Shown here in pieces: positions 41,374 through 53,904 of a stretch of 64,000 nucleotides of DNA. Every line of letters starts with the position of its first letter. The stretch's first letter is position 1. Origin of the DNA: Octopus vulgaris. Taxonomy: Eukaryota. A program made the position numbers and the translations under genes. Below the pieces are notes generated by a model, which made no database searches, had not been told where the DNA came from, and saw only the letters and a list, made by a program, of their open reading frames with translations. The stretch lies in the NCBI GenBank assembly GCA_951406725.2, contig OX597822.1, forward strand, positions 31,682,001 through 31,746,000, given 5' to 3'.

Positions 41374-41791
41374 TTGTCAAGAATAATATTATATGGCATG
41401 TTTACCAGAACGAATTTTGCATGACCGCGTTTTGAATTGTAGAGTAAACAAGTTTATCCCAGATAAGTCGGAAAGCATTACCTGTATATATATACTGCGA
41501 AATAAGCATCATGATTTGTTCCTTCAGTATATGACTAGTTACAACAAACAGCCCATACATCATCCTAAATAGAGCTTAAAACTTTACAAAAACAACTGTA
41601 CTATGCACGATAGCAAAAACAACTACAAAATGTATAAAATATTTCACGTTTTTGTTTTTCTTAATAAGAGGAAAATCTTGTTGGATTATATATTTTTTAT
41701 TCTCGTTATTGGAATCTGATTTTTCATTAGGGGAAGTGCGTGTGTATGTATGAATACATGTTTGTGTGTGTGCGTGTGTGTGTGTATGTTT

Positions 41792-41837
<46 letters not shown>

Positions 41838-42703
41838 CTACATACATATGTACAGACATGGGTGTGTGTATGTTTGTTTGTATATATATATATATATATA
41901 TATAAATACATACATATGTACAAACATGTTTATATATGGTTAGTAATGTATGTATGTGTCTTTACAGATATATATGCATATAAATATATCTACACACACA
42001 AATATTCATATAAATAAATGCATATACACACATATTTATATATACTGTGTGTATGTAAAGGTGATAATAAAAGGCAATTTGGTATTATTTCGGGTAGGGA
42101 GTATCCTGTACTAACTATATAACTTAATGCCTTTGATACCAAGACATTTGTGACTACTCATAGATGGTTGATACAAAACCGTCTATTAATTTATTTTTCT
42201 AGCTTTGGAGATAAATATCAAGCCCCTTTCTCGCGCAGGTAAGTTCAGCACAAGAGTAAATAGTTAACCTTCATTGTTAGCTGAGCATCTAATTATGGGA
42301 CTGAAAACTACTTATAAAATATCCCAGTAATTTTATTTCTGGATGTCACTGGATACATAATTATATACTCTTAACGTGTGGTAAATTCACCGATTTACAT
42401 GAGTCTCATAAGCTGACTATAACCAGACGAGATGAAACAATCACCGTATTTAAGTTTAAGTTTGTAGTTTAATTTCATATGAGAGACACACTTGCGCAAT
42501 TTATGTGTCAAGTGCGATCACTTTAGATATATGTATCGAGCTGAGGCAATTATAGCTTTTTACAAAAAACATTCGATGATTTTACCTAAATCAATAATCA
42601 TTTGAAACACATGTTCGATATATTTCGCTGACAAAAAATAATAATGACCACAAAACGCTTAAACAAAGAACTATTAGTCATGGTTTCATGTTAGTAAACA
42701 ATA

Positions 42704-43098
42704 TTGATTTCAAATTTTCGCACAAGACCAGCAATTGTGAGGGAGGGTTAAGTCCGTTACATTCAGTACTCAACCGGTTCTTATTTTATCGACCCCGAAT
42801 GGTTGAAAGTCAAAGTCGACCTAGGTAGAATTTGAACTCAGAATAAAGATGGAAGAAATACTGGTGAGCATTTAGCCCGGCGTGCTAACGAGACTTATTT
42901 TTCTATTGCCCACAAGGGGCTAAACATAGAGGGGACAAACAAGGACAGACAAAGGGATTAAGTCGATTATATCGACTCCAGTGCGTAACTGGTACGTAAT
43001 TTATCGACCCCGAAAGGATGAAAGGCAAAGTCGACCTCGGCGAAATTTGAACTCAGAATGTAAAGACAGACGAAATACCGCTAACGTTTCTGCCAGCT
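42704..43098 (-). mobile_element. Young tail-1 SINE B (42896-43098) abutting the head of an older tail-2 SINE B (42704-42890)
   Basis: Two consecutive B units. Confidence 0.85.
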
Positions 43099-43253
43099 AA
43101 AAAATAAATATTGGTTTTTACAAAATACATTCGACGATTTTGCCTAAATCAATAATCACTTGAAACACATGTTCGATATATTTCTTTGAAAAAAAACAAA
43201 GCCAAAAAACCACAATGACCACAAACGCTTAAACAATGAACTAATAAATAAAC

Positions 43254-43455
43254 ATTGATTTCAAATCTTGACACAAGGCCAGCAGTTAATGTAAATCGAT
43301 TGCATTAACCTCCAGCCCTCAACTGATTCTTATTTTATCGACCCTGACGGATGAACGGTAAAGTCGTTCTGAATAGAATTTGAATGCAGAACGTAAACAT
43401 GGATGGAGTGACACTAAATATTTTGCCCGGCGTGCTAACAGTTCTACCAGCTCGT
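43254..43455 (-). mobile_element. SINE type B, old (tail 2), second unit of a local tandem duplication
   Basis: Preceded by the same ~120-bp flank as the 42704 copy. Confidence 0.75.
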
Positions 43456-45435
43456 CGGTTTATATTAATAAATATTATACTAGCTACGGTATTAATCTAT
43501 CGTATATTAAATTTGCCAGAAATTTCAGAATGTACAGCAAAGAGAAATATTATCTCTCCCAGTATGGAAATAAAATATCTTCTTTATAAGATAAATTCGC
43601 TTAAATTAAATAAGTGAGCCTCGAGTGGCTACTAGTAACTCGTCTTCATATTGGATAGTGCTCAAATCCTATCTTCCTAAACATTGAAAAATTATGTTAT
43701 TTACTTTAACTTCATCCTCATCATTTCACTTTCCTGTTATGTCACATTTATATAATGTTTCTCACATTAATACGGTATCTAATTTATCATTCATTCGAAG
43801 GTGACGTTAATTAGATTCACAACATGTGAAATTTATTCAGTGTTTTTGTTCTAAACAATGAGAACTGAATAGCCAGACAGTAAAGAGAGAAAGCGGGGAG
43901 GATACAATCAGGCAGTGAGCGAGAGACAGAGTAATCTAGGTATAGTCAAAGAAGTAGACACAATGACATGTAATGGCAGTTACAGTGAGAAAAGAGAAAT
44001 AAAAAGAGATAAAGGGATATGAAAATCTTCATCTTAACTGAAAACATAAATTGTGAGAATATATGTAAATATTACGATATTGCAGAAGACAGGTGTGACA
44101 AGCTAAGTTTGAAAGCCAAGAAGATGAATCTCTTTATATATCTGCGCATATTGGTTTGCTAGATGCAGAGTTTGGTTTCAACATTTAGTCATATTGATGA
44201 CAATAAATGGCTAGTGATAAAAATACTAGCCACAAATCCATATTTTCGGTAAACAATGAAATATATTTACATAAATATAGAAACGAAAAGAACAAGGCAG
44301 CTATGGTAAGCTGAAAATTGATTTTTTTTTTTTTTTGGTGTCTGAAACACTTAACAGAGTCCTTCTTTCCTCGTTGCTACAGAATGATACCAGAACAGTT
44401 AAGATAGCATAAACAATAATGAATAATGGAACAGAGTTGTAGAACACAATGGAAGAAAGGATATAATAAAAGGACATAGTGATAAATGTGAAGATAGTGA
44501 TGTGTTGGAAGGGTTTTATGTAGGGGAATAAAAGTAGTGGGGAACAAAAGTACGTAAGAATCGTATTGGATGTGAAGACTACAATAACAGTCGCAAAATA
44601 GACTTTAGAGAAAGTTGTGCATCAACAGGACAAGATCGGTAAAATGTGAAAAAAGGTGGCGGAATTCAATAAGATCAAAAAGTTCAGATATGAAGACCGG
44701 ATGACCAGTGAAATAAACTGAACAATATTTATAGCTGGGAAGACAGCGCTTATGACGATATTAAGGTTGATGCGATATTAATGTAAAAATACAAGAGGTA
44801 GGAAGTGGAAATTCTCATAAGCAAGGCCAATGAAGATGCGAGGGCAGTAATGTCAGATGCGACGCCTCACATGTAGGTCTTTAATATTTACACAGTTTTC
44901 TTTTGCTAAGTTTTACTCACACGGCTTCTAACGAAATTTTTTTTCCCCTAAAGTTGCCATGCAGAAGGATCAAACCCAGGATATTGAGATTCCGAAAAAA
45001 TTTCTTAACCATTTCGGCTAATTGCATTCAACAAAAATATTTTTGACCAGGTACAAGTTCAAGGAAACCCTTACTCAGCAGATACAAGTTTTCACACACA
45101 CGTACATGTACCCTTGTATATACCATATGTACGTACGTAAATACGTATATCTTTGTCCCTCTATACATACATGTATATATATATATATTATATATAAGCA
45201 AAATTTAGATTCAGATGAATATGGTACTTAAGTCAAAGGCACCAGAATTTTATATGGTATTATCCATATAAATACATGGGGCGATTACTTGATTATATTA
45301 TATATATATTTTGATTATATATATATATATATATATATAAATAAAGAAAACATAATATGGAGTACTCGGATGATCAACAATTGAGTAACTTCCATCTATT
45401 ATTATTTATTAATCCAATGCAATTAAACTGCATCC

Positions 45436-45555
45436 CACATAACAGCTGTTTCTGTTTCCAATGTATGGTGCTGCCATTGATATGCAAAAATGTGTAAAAA
45501 TAATAATCATATTTGTTAATAAAACCGATCTGAAACAAGGAGCTTCATCCGAGTG
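45436..45555 (-). ncRNA. Hammerhead-like motif with long stem II, core mutated (CGGATGA)
   Basis: cact-CGGATGA-...tgtttc...gaaaca-GAAAC-agct-GTTA-tgtg; palindromic stem III acagctgt. Confidence 0.45.
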
Positions 45556-46547
45556 AAGGACATATAATGAAGAAGAGCATGGAGAAGGAAAAAAGGAAAA
45601 GTTGAATATGGTTGTAATCATACCATTTTGCTTGTGAGTCACTTTGGGCCGTTAAGTAAAACAATAAAACAAAATAGCAATTAATGAATTAATCCTTTGT
45701 ACTGGGGTGGGGGGATAGGAAGATACGCCAATAGGTTTTAGTCGGAGAAGGGATGTAGATACAGTAAGGTTTTATATTAATCATAATAATTTATAGTAGT
45801 TATGTTTGTAGTACTAATTAATAGTATTATAATAATTAAATGCAATTTATTTATTTACTAGCTGGTAGAAAGCCCGTTCAACCGTTTTCCGAAGTGAGAT
45901 AGGCCAAGGTCCGATGTTAGATGTAAGTGATCAGTTGAAATTTAAAAACAAAAGACCAGCTACTAAGACCATTATACAGGGTAAGATTAATAAATAAGCG
46001 AATAGGAAGATGATGCATGTTGTACGCTTAGGGTAATAAGTACTAGATTAAAAAATAATATTATGGAATAAATATCAAGAGAGGAATCTATTCAGACATT
46101 TAGGTTGTAAGACGGTTAGAGTTGGAAATGGTCCAATAGTTTATTAATATGAATACGAAATTAGTAAAAACAAGGAAACGAATTAATACGGTAGGGAGGT
46201 TATTGAAATATTTCTTGTAAAGGGGAGGTAATTACTAGGGTAGGGGCCATAATTAGTGCCTACTTGATACAGTAGACTCCCCACCAGAAAAATGAGTTGA
46301 CTAGACTAACAGCTAATTTTCCAGCTAATTAATTAAACGATCTTAAAATCAGTCAACCTAGAGGTCAATTAAATGTGTAAATGTAGATATCCCTAATTAA
46401 ATTAATGGTTACAATTTATAGTTAAAATTTAAAATGAAAATACTTGCAGATTGATTTTACAGATGTAAGTTCTTACTAAAATTTGGTCATGCAATCATAC
46501 GCAAAAAAAACCCCAACATACATATAAATTTATATGCACACACTCAC

Positions 46548-46551
<4 letters not shown>

Positions 46552-46598
<47 letters not shown>

Positions 46599-46642
46599 TA
46601 TATAGTTATGTATATATATATATATATGCATATATAGTTATG

Positions 46643-46693
<51 letters not shown>

Positions 46694-46723
46694 TGTATAT
46701 ATATATATATATGCATATATAGT

Positions 46724-46759
<36 letters not shown>

Positions 46760-46793
46760 TGTATATATATATATATATATATGCATATATAGT

Positions 46794-46839
<46 letters not shown>

Positions 46840-46852
46840 ATATATATATATA
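46552..46852. repeat. Compound (TA)n with a repeated gcatatatagttatg spacer (higher-order microsatellite)
   Basis: Spacer recurs about six times between TA runs. Confidence 0.85.
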
Positions 46853-47052
46853 AACATGTTATCGACTAAGCAGATCATCGCCTGCCCGAGAAATGTTTTT
46901 GACAAGGTAATCGAATTGTAGTCAATTTGATGTGCTGTGCTCTCTGCTCCAGGAAACAATGAACGATCTATGAGATGAAACGACGACTCTCTGATCATAA
47001 TTTCAACATTCTAATCCGAAAACAACTTATCCTCACTATCAAACACGCATGC

Positions 47053-47106
<54 letters not shown>

Positions 47107-47457
47107 TATAAGATATATACGTATATATATATATATATAACTATCTGTCGATCTATGTATCTCTTTAGTTAGACATGCACGCAATATGCGTATACCAAAG
47201 AATATTATGTATGCACGCAAACACACATATATATGGACAGCAACGGCCAAACACGTTTATTCGGAGAGCCACATACGATAATAATATTTTGCTACAAAAC
47301 ATTAGCGTAAATATCAAGAAGTACTTCTATGTATTAATGTTCATTCATGTATGCATTTTTTAAACTGCTAATTTCTGTTAGTTTCAGTAATCGTGTGCGC
47401 GTGTAGCATATGTTTTCCATGATTTGACTGATGACTGTGTTAACTACATTCAGCATA

Positions 47458-47856
47458 ATTCCTTTCTACTAAAATCATAAGGTCTGATATTTGGGGGAGG
47501 GGACATGTCGATTACATCGACCTCAGTGCTTCACTGGTACTTAATTTATCGATTCCAAAAGGATGAAAAGCAAAGTCGACTTCGGAGGAAATTTGAACTG
47601 AGAATGTAGCGACCGGCGAAATACCTATTTATTTAATACCCACAATGAGCTAAACACAGAGAGGACAAACAAGGACAGAGAAACGGATTAAGTCGATTAT
47701 ATCGACCCCAGTGCGTAACTGGTACTTATTTAATCGACCCCGAAAGGATGAAAGGCGAAGTCGATCTCGGCGGAATTTGAACTCAGAATGTAGCGACGGG
47801 CGAAATACCGCTAAGCATTTCGTCCAGCTTGTTAACGAGTCTGCCAGATGGCCGCC
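47458..47856 (-). mobile_element. SINE type B dimer with the same junction as 35175-35565
   Basis: Tail-1 unit 47626-47856, then a headless unit starting ggtatttcg with an agtagaaaggaat-type tail. Confidence 0.88.
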
Positions 47857-48056
47857 TTATGCCTTGAGCATAATTAATAAGATAATTAATTACGAGAATA
47901 GTTAAGGAAACATGCGGTAATGTACAGAATTAAAAGTAAAACTAAAACCAAAATATTGTTGAAAGTGCCTAAAATTAAACAGCTCAATAAAATTACAGAT
48001 GTTTCAGTTATATCGGATATTCTTGGCTTCTGATAACATGCATATATGTCTGTCTG

Positions 48057-48092
<36 letters not shown>

Positions 48093-48164
48093 ATCAGTCT
48101 GTCTGTCTGTCTAAATTTCTCTCTACCCCTCTCCTCCCCTCTCCATATATTCTTTTATTCTTTT

Positions 48165-48386
48165 ATTCCTTTACTTGTTTCACTCATTTCATTGCGACCT
48201 TGCTAGAGCAGCACCCTTAGTCGAGCAAATACCCACCGCCACCACCGAACTTATTCTTCTGTAAGCCTAGTACTTATTTTATCCCTTTTCTCGCCGAACC
48301 GCTAGGTTACGGGGACGTAAACACACCAACATCGGTTGTCAAGCGATGGTGTGGAGACAAATACAGACACACAAACACACACACAC

Positions 48387-48417
<31 letters not shown>

Positions 48418-48830
48418 AGTAGAGGCGCGTGGCTTAGTGGTTAGGGTGTCAGCATCATGATCGTAAGATTCTGGTTTCGATTCCTGGACCGGAAGACGCG
48501 TTGTGTTCTTGAGCAAAACACTTCATTTCACGTTGTTCCAGTCCACTCACCTGGCAAAAATAAGTAACGCTGCGATCGACTGGCGTCCCGTCCAGCTGGG
48601 GACACATACGGCATTGAAACCGGGAAACCGGGCCCATGAGCGTGGCTAGGCTTTAAAAGGGCGCAGAAAAAAAATTATATACACACTCTTCTTTTCAGTT
48701 TTCGCCTACCAAATCCTCTCAAAGAGCTTTCGTCCACCCCAGGCTATAGCAGAAAACACCTGCCCAAGGAGCCACGCAGTGGGTCTGAACCCGGAACCAT
48801 GTGGCTGGGAAGCAGGCTTCTTACCCCCCA
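48165..48830 (-). mobile_element. SINE type A interrupted by a type C SINE in its internal microsatellite
   Basis: 3' half 48165-48400 and 5' half 48688-48830 flank the type C copy. Confidence 0.85.
48419..48672 (+). mobile_element. SINE type C (tRNA-like head, V-domain-like gcgat.gactggcgtcccgtccag)
   Basis: Near-identical to 55517-55779. Confidence 0.9.
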
Positions 48831-48832
48831 CC

Positions 48833-48877
<45 letters not shown>

Positions 48878-48901
48878 GCGAGAAATAAAGAGACATATAT
48901 A

Positions 48902-49136
48902 TATATTTCTTTACTGCCCACAATGGGCTAAACATAGAGGGGACAAACAAGGACAGACAAAGGGATTAAGTCGATTACATCGACGCCAGTGCGAAACTGG
49001 TACTTAATTTATCGACCTCGAAGGGATGAAAGGCAAAGTCGAGCTCAGCGGAATTTGAACTCAGAACGTAACGACAGACGTAATACCGCTAAGCATTTCG
49101 CCCGGCGTGCTAACGTTTCTGCCAGCTCGCCGCCTT
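48902..49136 (-). mobile_element. SINE type B, young, with 17-bp TSD
   Basis: TSD ataaagagacatatata at 48885-48901 and 49137-49153. Confidence 0.92.
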
Positions 49137-49459
49137 ATAAAGAGACATATATAAATACAGATATGTGTGTGTATGTGTGAAGGAGAGAGAGAGAGAGAGA
49201 AAGAGAGGGATGGAGGAAGACAAAGAAAGAGAGGGGTGGAGGGAGAGAAAGATAGAGAGTGATAGTGATAAAGAGAGAAGCAGAAAGAGAGGGTGAGTGA
49301 TTGCGACATAGACTGTAACACAGACAATATGAGAATTACCATTACGCTAATGATTAATTTCTCTACTTACATATAGAATATATCTCGTGGCTCTACATTT
49401 TAGTAGCGAGCAGTTACGATTCCGATATAATTCCACCACGTGTACGATGTAGCTCCTCC

Positions 49460-50400
49460 AAGGCCGTATGATGTAGCTCCACCAGGTGATTCATCATAAA
49501 TTCTGCGCAATATTTGAACCACATAAAGTGCATTAAACTATAAAACGATCTCCATTAGTATTGTCCTGAAAACTGATAGCCCTATAGGTTTGGTTAGCTC
49601 TGGATATTTTTGGATATCGTTTCCAGAACACTATTAGTCTAGGATTTGATGAGTCTCTTTAGACCCAGATTTTACTGTAATTCTGTTCGTTCCATTTTCA
49701 CAGTACACCATTCTGTGAGTAGAGTTTCAAAAATTCTATGAAGATTATTGACCACATCAATCTCCGATAGATTTACAAGTAATGTGGAAAAAACTTTTAG
49801 TTTCTGGAAGTTATCATAACTGTCTCAGAAATTGTCGATAAATCCCGGTAATATTTGTATTATTTCAATTTGTTTTATTCTAGTGCAGTAGCAAGAGGTG
49901 TTATCTTATCTTTTACAGTGATAGTAAAATAAGATTATTTTGGCGATATTTCCTGAAAGCTAAAACATATCTGAATAAGATCAGAAACAATATTATTCTT
50001 CCCTTGGAATGCCAAATTGAGAGTTCGTGGATGATTCATTACGTGATTAATGCATGTACAATCCAGCAGCAATTCATCGATTCGCAGTTGAACATAATTC
50101 CTGTTCTTCCGGGAAAACTGTGTAGGCTACTGCAAAGCAGATCCAAAAGCGTGTTAAAGACGTTGCTGAAATAACAATCACCACCTCACAATGCAGTACA
50201 AACAAATATCAGTGTGTTTATCATGAAGCTCCGGTTCTTTAATGGAATTTCTGGAATGGCGCTGGTGTAGTGTCAAGAGGGCAATTTCAGCGACAAATTT
50301 CATAACTACTTTCTTCAAGACACAGCTAGCAGCCAGCTGTTCACGACGTATAATGCAATGAAAAGGGAGAAAATTTTGAAACCCGGATTCACTTTACTTA
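49460..50400 (-). pseudogene. hAT (Charlie/SPIN, GTF2IRD2-like) transposase fossil
   Basis: Minus-strand peptides FHCIIRREQLAA..VMKFV (HCIIH motif), DICLYCIVRW*, TLNLAFQGKNNIVSDL..FSFQ, VFWK, KYPEL and SFYSLM..HLVEL..TAL in the expected order, with stops and frameshifts. Confidence 0.8.
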
Positions 50401-51112
50401 TGTGCAAATAACCTCACAATGGCCGCATTTCAGTGAATAACAAAATGAAAGTACACTGATTCGGGGTTTGCGCTTCTCAGTAATGAGATGTGAAACTGGT
50501 TTTAGTCACTGATTTATTTAGGACCCAAGACTGCAACTAATTCAGTTTTGTTCTACTTAGCAAATAGAACATAACTAATATATTAGCTCCGTTTAGTACG
50601 AGAAATATTCTCAGACATGACAAAGCTAGTTTCAGTCGTTATATAACACATTAAGCACTCTGTGCAAATCGAACCCGGCACAGAAATCCATATAAGTTTT
50701 TATTCACCTCCCGTGTTATGTCCAGTATTTAAATGCTGAGATGAACACAAAATGAAATCTGTCTATTAATCACAGAGTACTTTTATAAAAAACACAAAGA
50801 ATGGACATTTAATTAGCTACACGTATTTCAAATAGACCGATATAACCAATTCGTGCACATTGCATGTAGCAATTTGCATATTAAATCGTTCCTTCATTTG
50901 ATCGATTAAATATCAGAGAAACAGATCAATTAAGGGCCATATACCTGCCCTTTGTCTGTCCTTGTTTGTCCCCTCTATGTTTAGCCCCTTGTGGGCAATA
51001 AAGAAATATATACCTGCCTAACAAAGTCAGTATATATCTACATATGTGTATGTGTGTTTTTTTAGTATGTATGCATGTATATATACACACACGCGGGCGC
51101 ACACAAACACAT

Positions 51113-51147
51113 ATATATTGGTGCGGTTGACAACCGCACCAATATAT
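51113..51147. repeat. Perfect palindrome, 17-bp arms, 1-nt loop
   Basis: atatattggtgcggttg-a-caaccgcaccaatatat. Confidence 0.9.
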
Positions 51148-51634
51148 GAGACTGTGTGAATGGACGTATGTGCGTGTGGGAGGTGAAATCAACCATGCTA
51201 CTTAAATACTCTATCGCGTCTAAATTGATGGAAGCCAAATTTGCCTTGACGTAATTTGAACTTAGAACAACAAAGAGTCAAAATAAATTGAGGAGGGTGC
51301 TCTATTTTATGCTCCAGTGAATCTCCCATTTGAGTCCATATTGAAAGCAAGTGAAAGGAAACAATTATTATATTTTCCTCAGTAATGCTTGGTTGCTCGT
51401 GTTAATACCTTTCATTTATTAGAGCAGTGGATTTGTTGAGCAACGACGTGTTCGTAGTATTTATTTCAGCTCTTTACGTTCTGAGTTCCAGGTCAGCCTA
51501 TATCTCAGTATTTTGGTGTTGAAAAATAAAGTAGCTGTAAATTACATTTTCTTCCATTAAAAAAAAATTTTAATGATGGTAGCAACTTATTTTTTTCCCT
51601 TCAAAATTTCTGGTAATGAATATTTTTCATATAT

Positions 51635-52025
51635 GGCGTAGGAGTGGCTGTGTGGTAAGTAGCTTGCTTACCAACAACATGGTTCCGGGTTCAGTCCCAC
51701 TGCGTGGCACCTTGGGCAAGTGTCATCTACTATAGCCGCGGGCTGACCAAATCTTTGTGAGTGGATTTGGTAGGCGGAAACTGAAAGAAGCCCGTCGTAT
51801 ATATGTGTATATGTATATATATATATATGTGTATGTGTATGTATATGTCTGTGTTTGTCCCCGCAACATCGCTTGACAACCGAGGCTGGTGTGTTTATGT
51901 CCCCATAACTTAGCGGTTCGGCAAAATAGACCCATAGAAGTACTAGGCTTCCAAAGAATAAATCCTGGGGTCGATTTGCTCGACCAAAGGCCGCAGTCAA
52001 ATGATTGAAACAAGTAAAAAGAGTA
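51635..52025 (+). mobile_element. SINE type A, full length
   Basis: ggcgtaggagtggctgtgtggtaag...gaaacaagtaaaaa. Confidence 0.9.
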
Positions 52026-52084
52026 AACAGAGGTTATGTTTGGAAATTGTCTTTTGTCTTTTGCTTGCTTTACTCATTAGACTT

Positions 52085-52263
52085 CGCTCCTGCTTGGGCG
52101 CAGCCTTGAAGTGATTTAGTCGAACACATTGGCACAAGTACTTATGTTATTCTTTTAAAGATATTTAGAAGTTCAGCAAGAAGGATTCCCTCAAATCCTT
52201 TTTTCCGGAACTCTGTGTTCCGCTATGGTAAACACCCCAGCAATGTGACATAAGATACGCAAA

Positions 52264-52315
<52 letters not shown>

Positions 52316-52430
52316 ATATATATATATATGCATACTTACACATACATATATACACGAACACACACAACGGATTTCCCCACAGTTTCCAGCTTCCAAATTC
52401 ACTCACCGAAGCTACAGTTGAAGATATCTG
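52085..52430 (-). mobile_element. SINE type A, old copy
   Basis: Degenerate ttagtcgaacacat, gtaaacacccc, (CA)n, cagtttccagcttccaaattcactcac. Confidence 0.55.
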
Positions 52431-52744
52431 TCTATTTTATAGTGAAACTGCACATCACTACCGGGTAAAAGTGGTAGTAACCAGAGATTGTATTGGTAGT
52501 AACCAGACCAGTAACCGGTCGACAAAAAGAAGATCAGAAGGTCAAGAGTACGTGTAGACCATACGAGAGTCGTGTCTGTGCTGATATAGTAATTATACTG
52601 TGATACTCAGTGGATCTTATAACGATCCAACTTTTTGAGGATAATAACACTATACGACTGGTGGTCGATAAAAACATCCAATTGACGACTTCGTAACATA
52701 AAGATATCTGCCAGAGCGGCGACCGTCGTCAAAAGAAAGATACC

Positions 52745-52963
52745 TATTTCTTTACTACCCACAAGGGGCTAAACACAGAGAGGACAAACAAGGACAGACA
52801 AACGGATTAAATCGATTACATCGACCCCAATGCGTAGGTACTTAATTTATCGACCCCGAAAGGATGAAAGGCAAAGTCGACCTCGGCGGAATTTGAACTC
52901 AGAGCGTAACGGCAGACGAAATACCGATAAGCATTTCGCCCTGCGTGCTAACGATTCTGCCAG
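52745..52963 (-). mobile_element. SINE type B flanked by a 38-bp direct repeat
   Basis: tctgccagagcgrcgaccgtcgtcaaaagaaaratacc at 52707-52744 and 52956-52993 (2 mismatches). Confidence 0.9.
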
Positions 52964-53853
52964 AGCGACGACCGTCGTCAAAAGAAAAATACCACAATGG
53001 AAAAAGACCCCTTTACAACACGCTTCAAGTTGTCACGCAATGGTACTGAACCCGAAACCATGTGGTAGCGTAATTGCAAGACGGACTTCTTAACAACAAC
53101 ACCCATGCCTCTCTAGCTATGATGAACGTTTTATGAAATACATTTTGTGATTTTTTTCTTGTTTTCTTTTTAAAGAAAAAAAATCAGAATAATTTAATAT
53201 AATCTGCTTCATATTCTTATCACAGAGCTATATGTGACTAAAAAAGAAAAGCACACTATTTACTGAAAGCAAGGAAGACATAAAATTGCTTCCACTGTAT
53301 TGAAACTTTAATTAAGAGAAAATGTCTGAATGTAAACGGAAGAAAAGCAAATTTAGAAATGATTGATAGCTTCTTGGAAAAACAATACCCTGTAGAACTG
53401 TGACAAAATTTTATCATTAAATAGCAGCCGGTCAGTGGCAATATTTTGATACTGGATTAATATAATAAATAATTTAGTAATATTAAAATATGTTATTTGA
53501 AGTCTACTTAATTGAAATGGGAATTACTTAGTTCTTTGCAATATATTTCTTACTTATTTTGCGGAAATATTTTATCCCATGGGACTATTTCTTTTCTTTT
53601 CATTTTTTTTTTATGCTGCATAATATTTTCAATTTAAACGTTTAAAAAAATGTCGATTCAGAATGATTATTACGTGTCTGTGTAAGAGTGTGTATATATA
53701 TATGTGTGTGTGCGTGTGTGTGTATGAATGTATGAATATACGTAAGTGTTTATGTATGTATGTTTGTACATATAAGCACGTGTTTATAATACATGCATGC
53801 ATGCACATTCTGTTATATTTATTGCAGATAAAGAGACGCAGCCATGCTGGAGC

Positions 53854-53903
<50 letters not shown>

Positions 53904-53904
53904 G

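Noticed and set aside
44380-44860. Purine-rich segment possibly from a decayed LINE RT
   Set aside because: Motifs too degenerate to call by eye
47427-47460. Exact CTGATGA hammerhead box
   Set aside because: No stem II or downstream GAAA box; chance match
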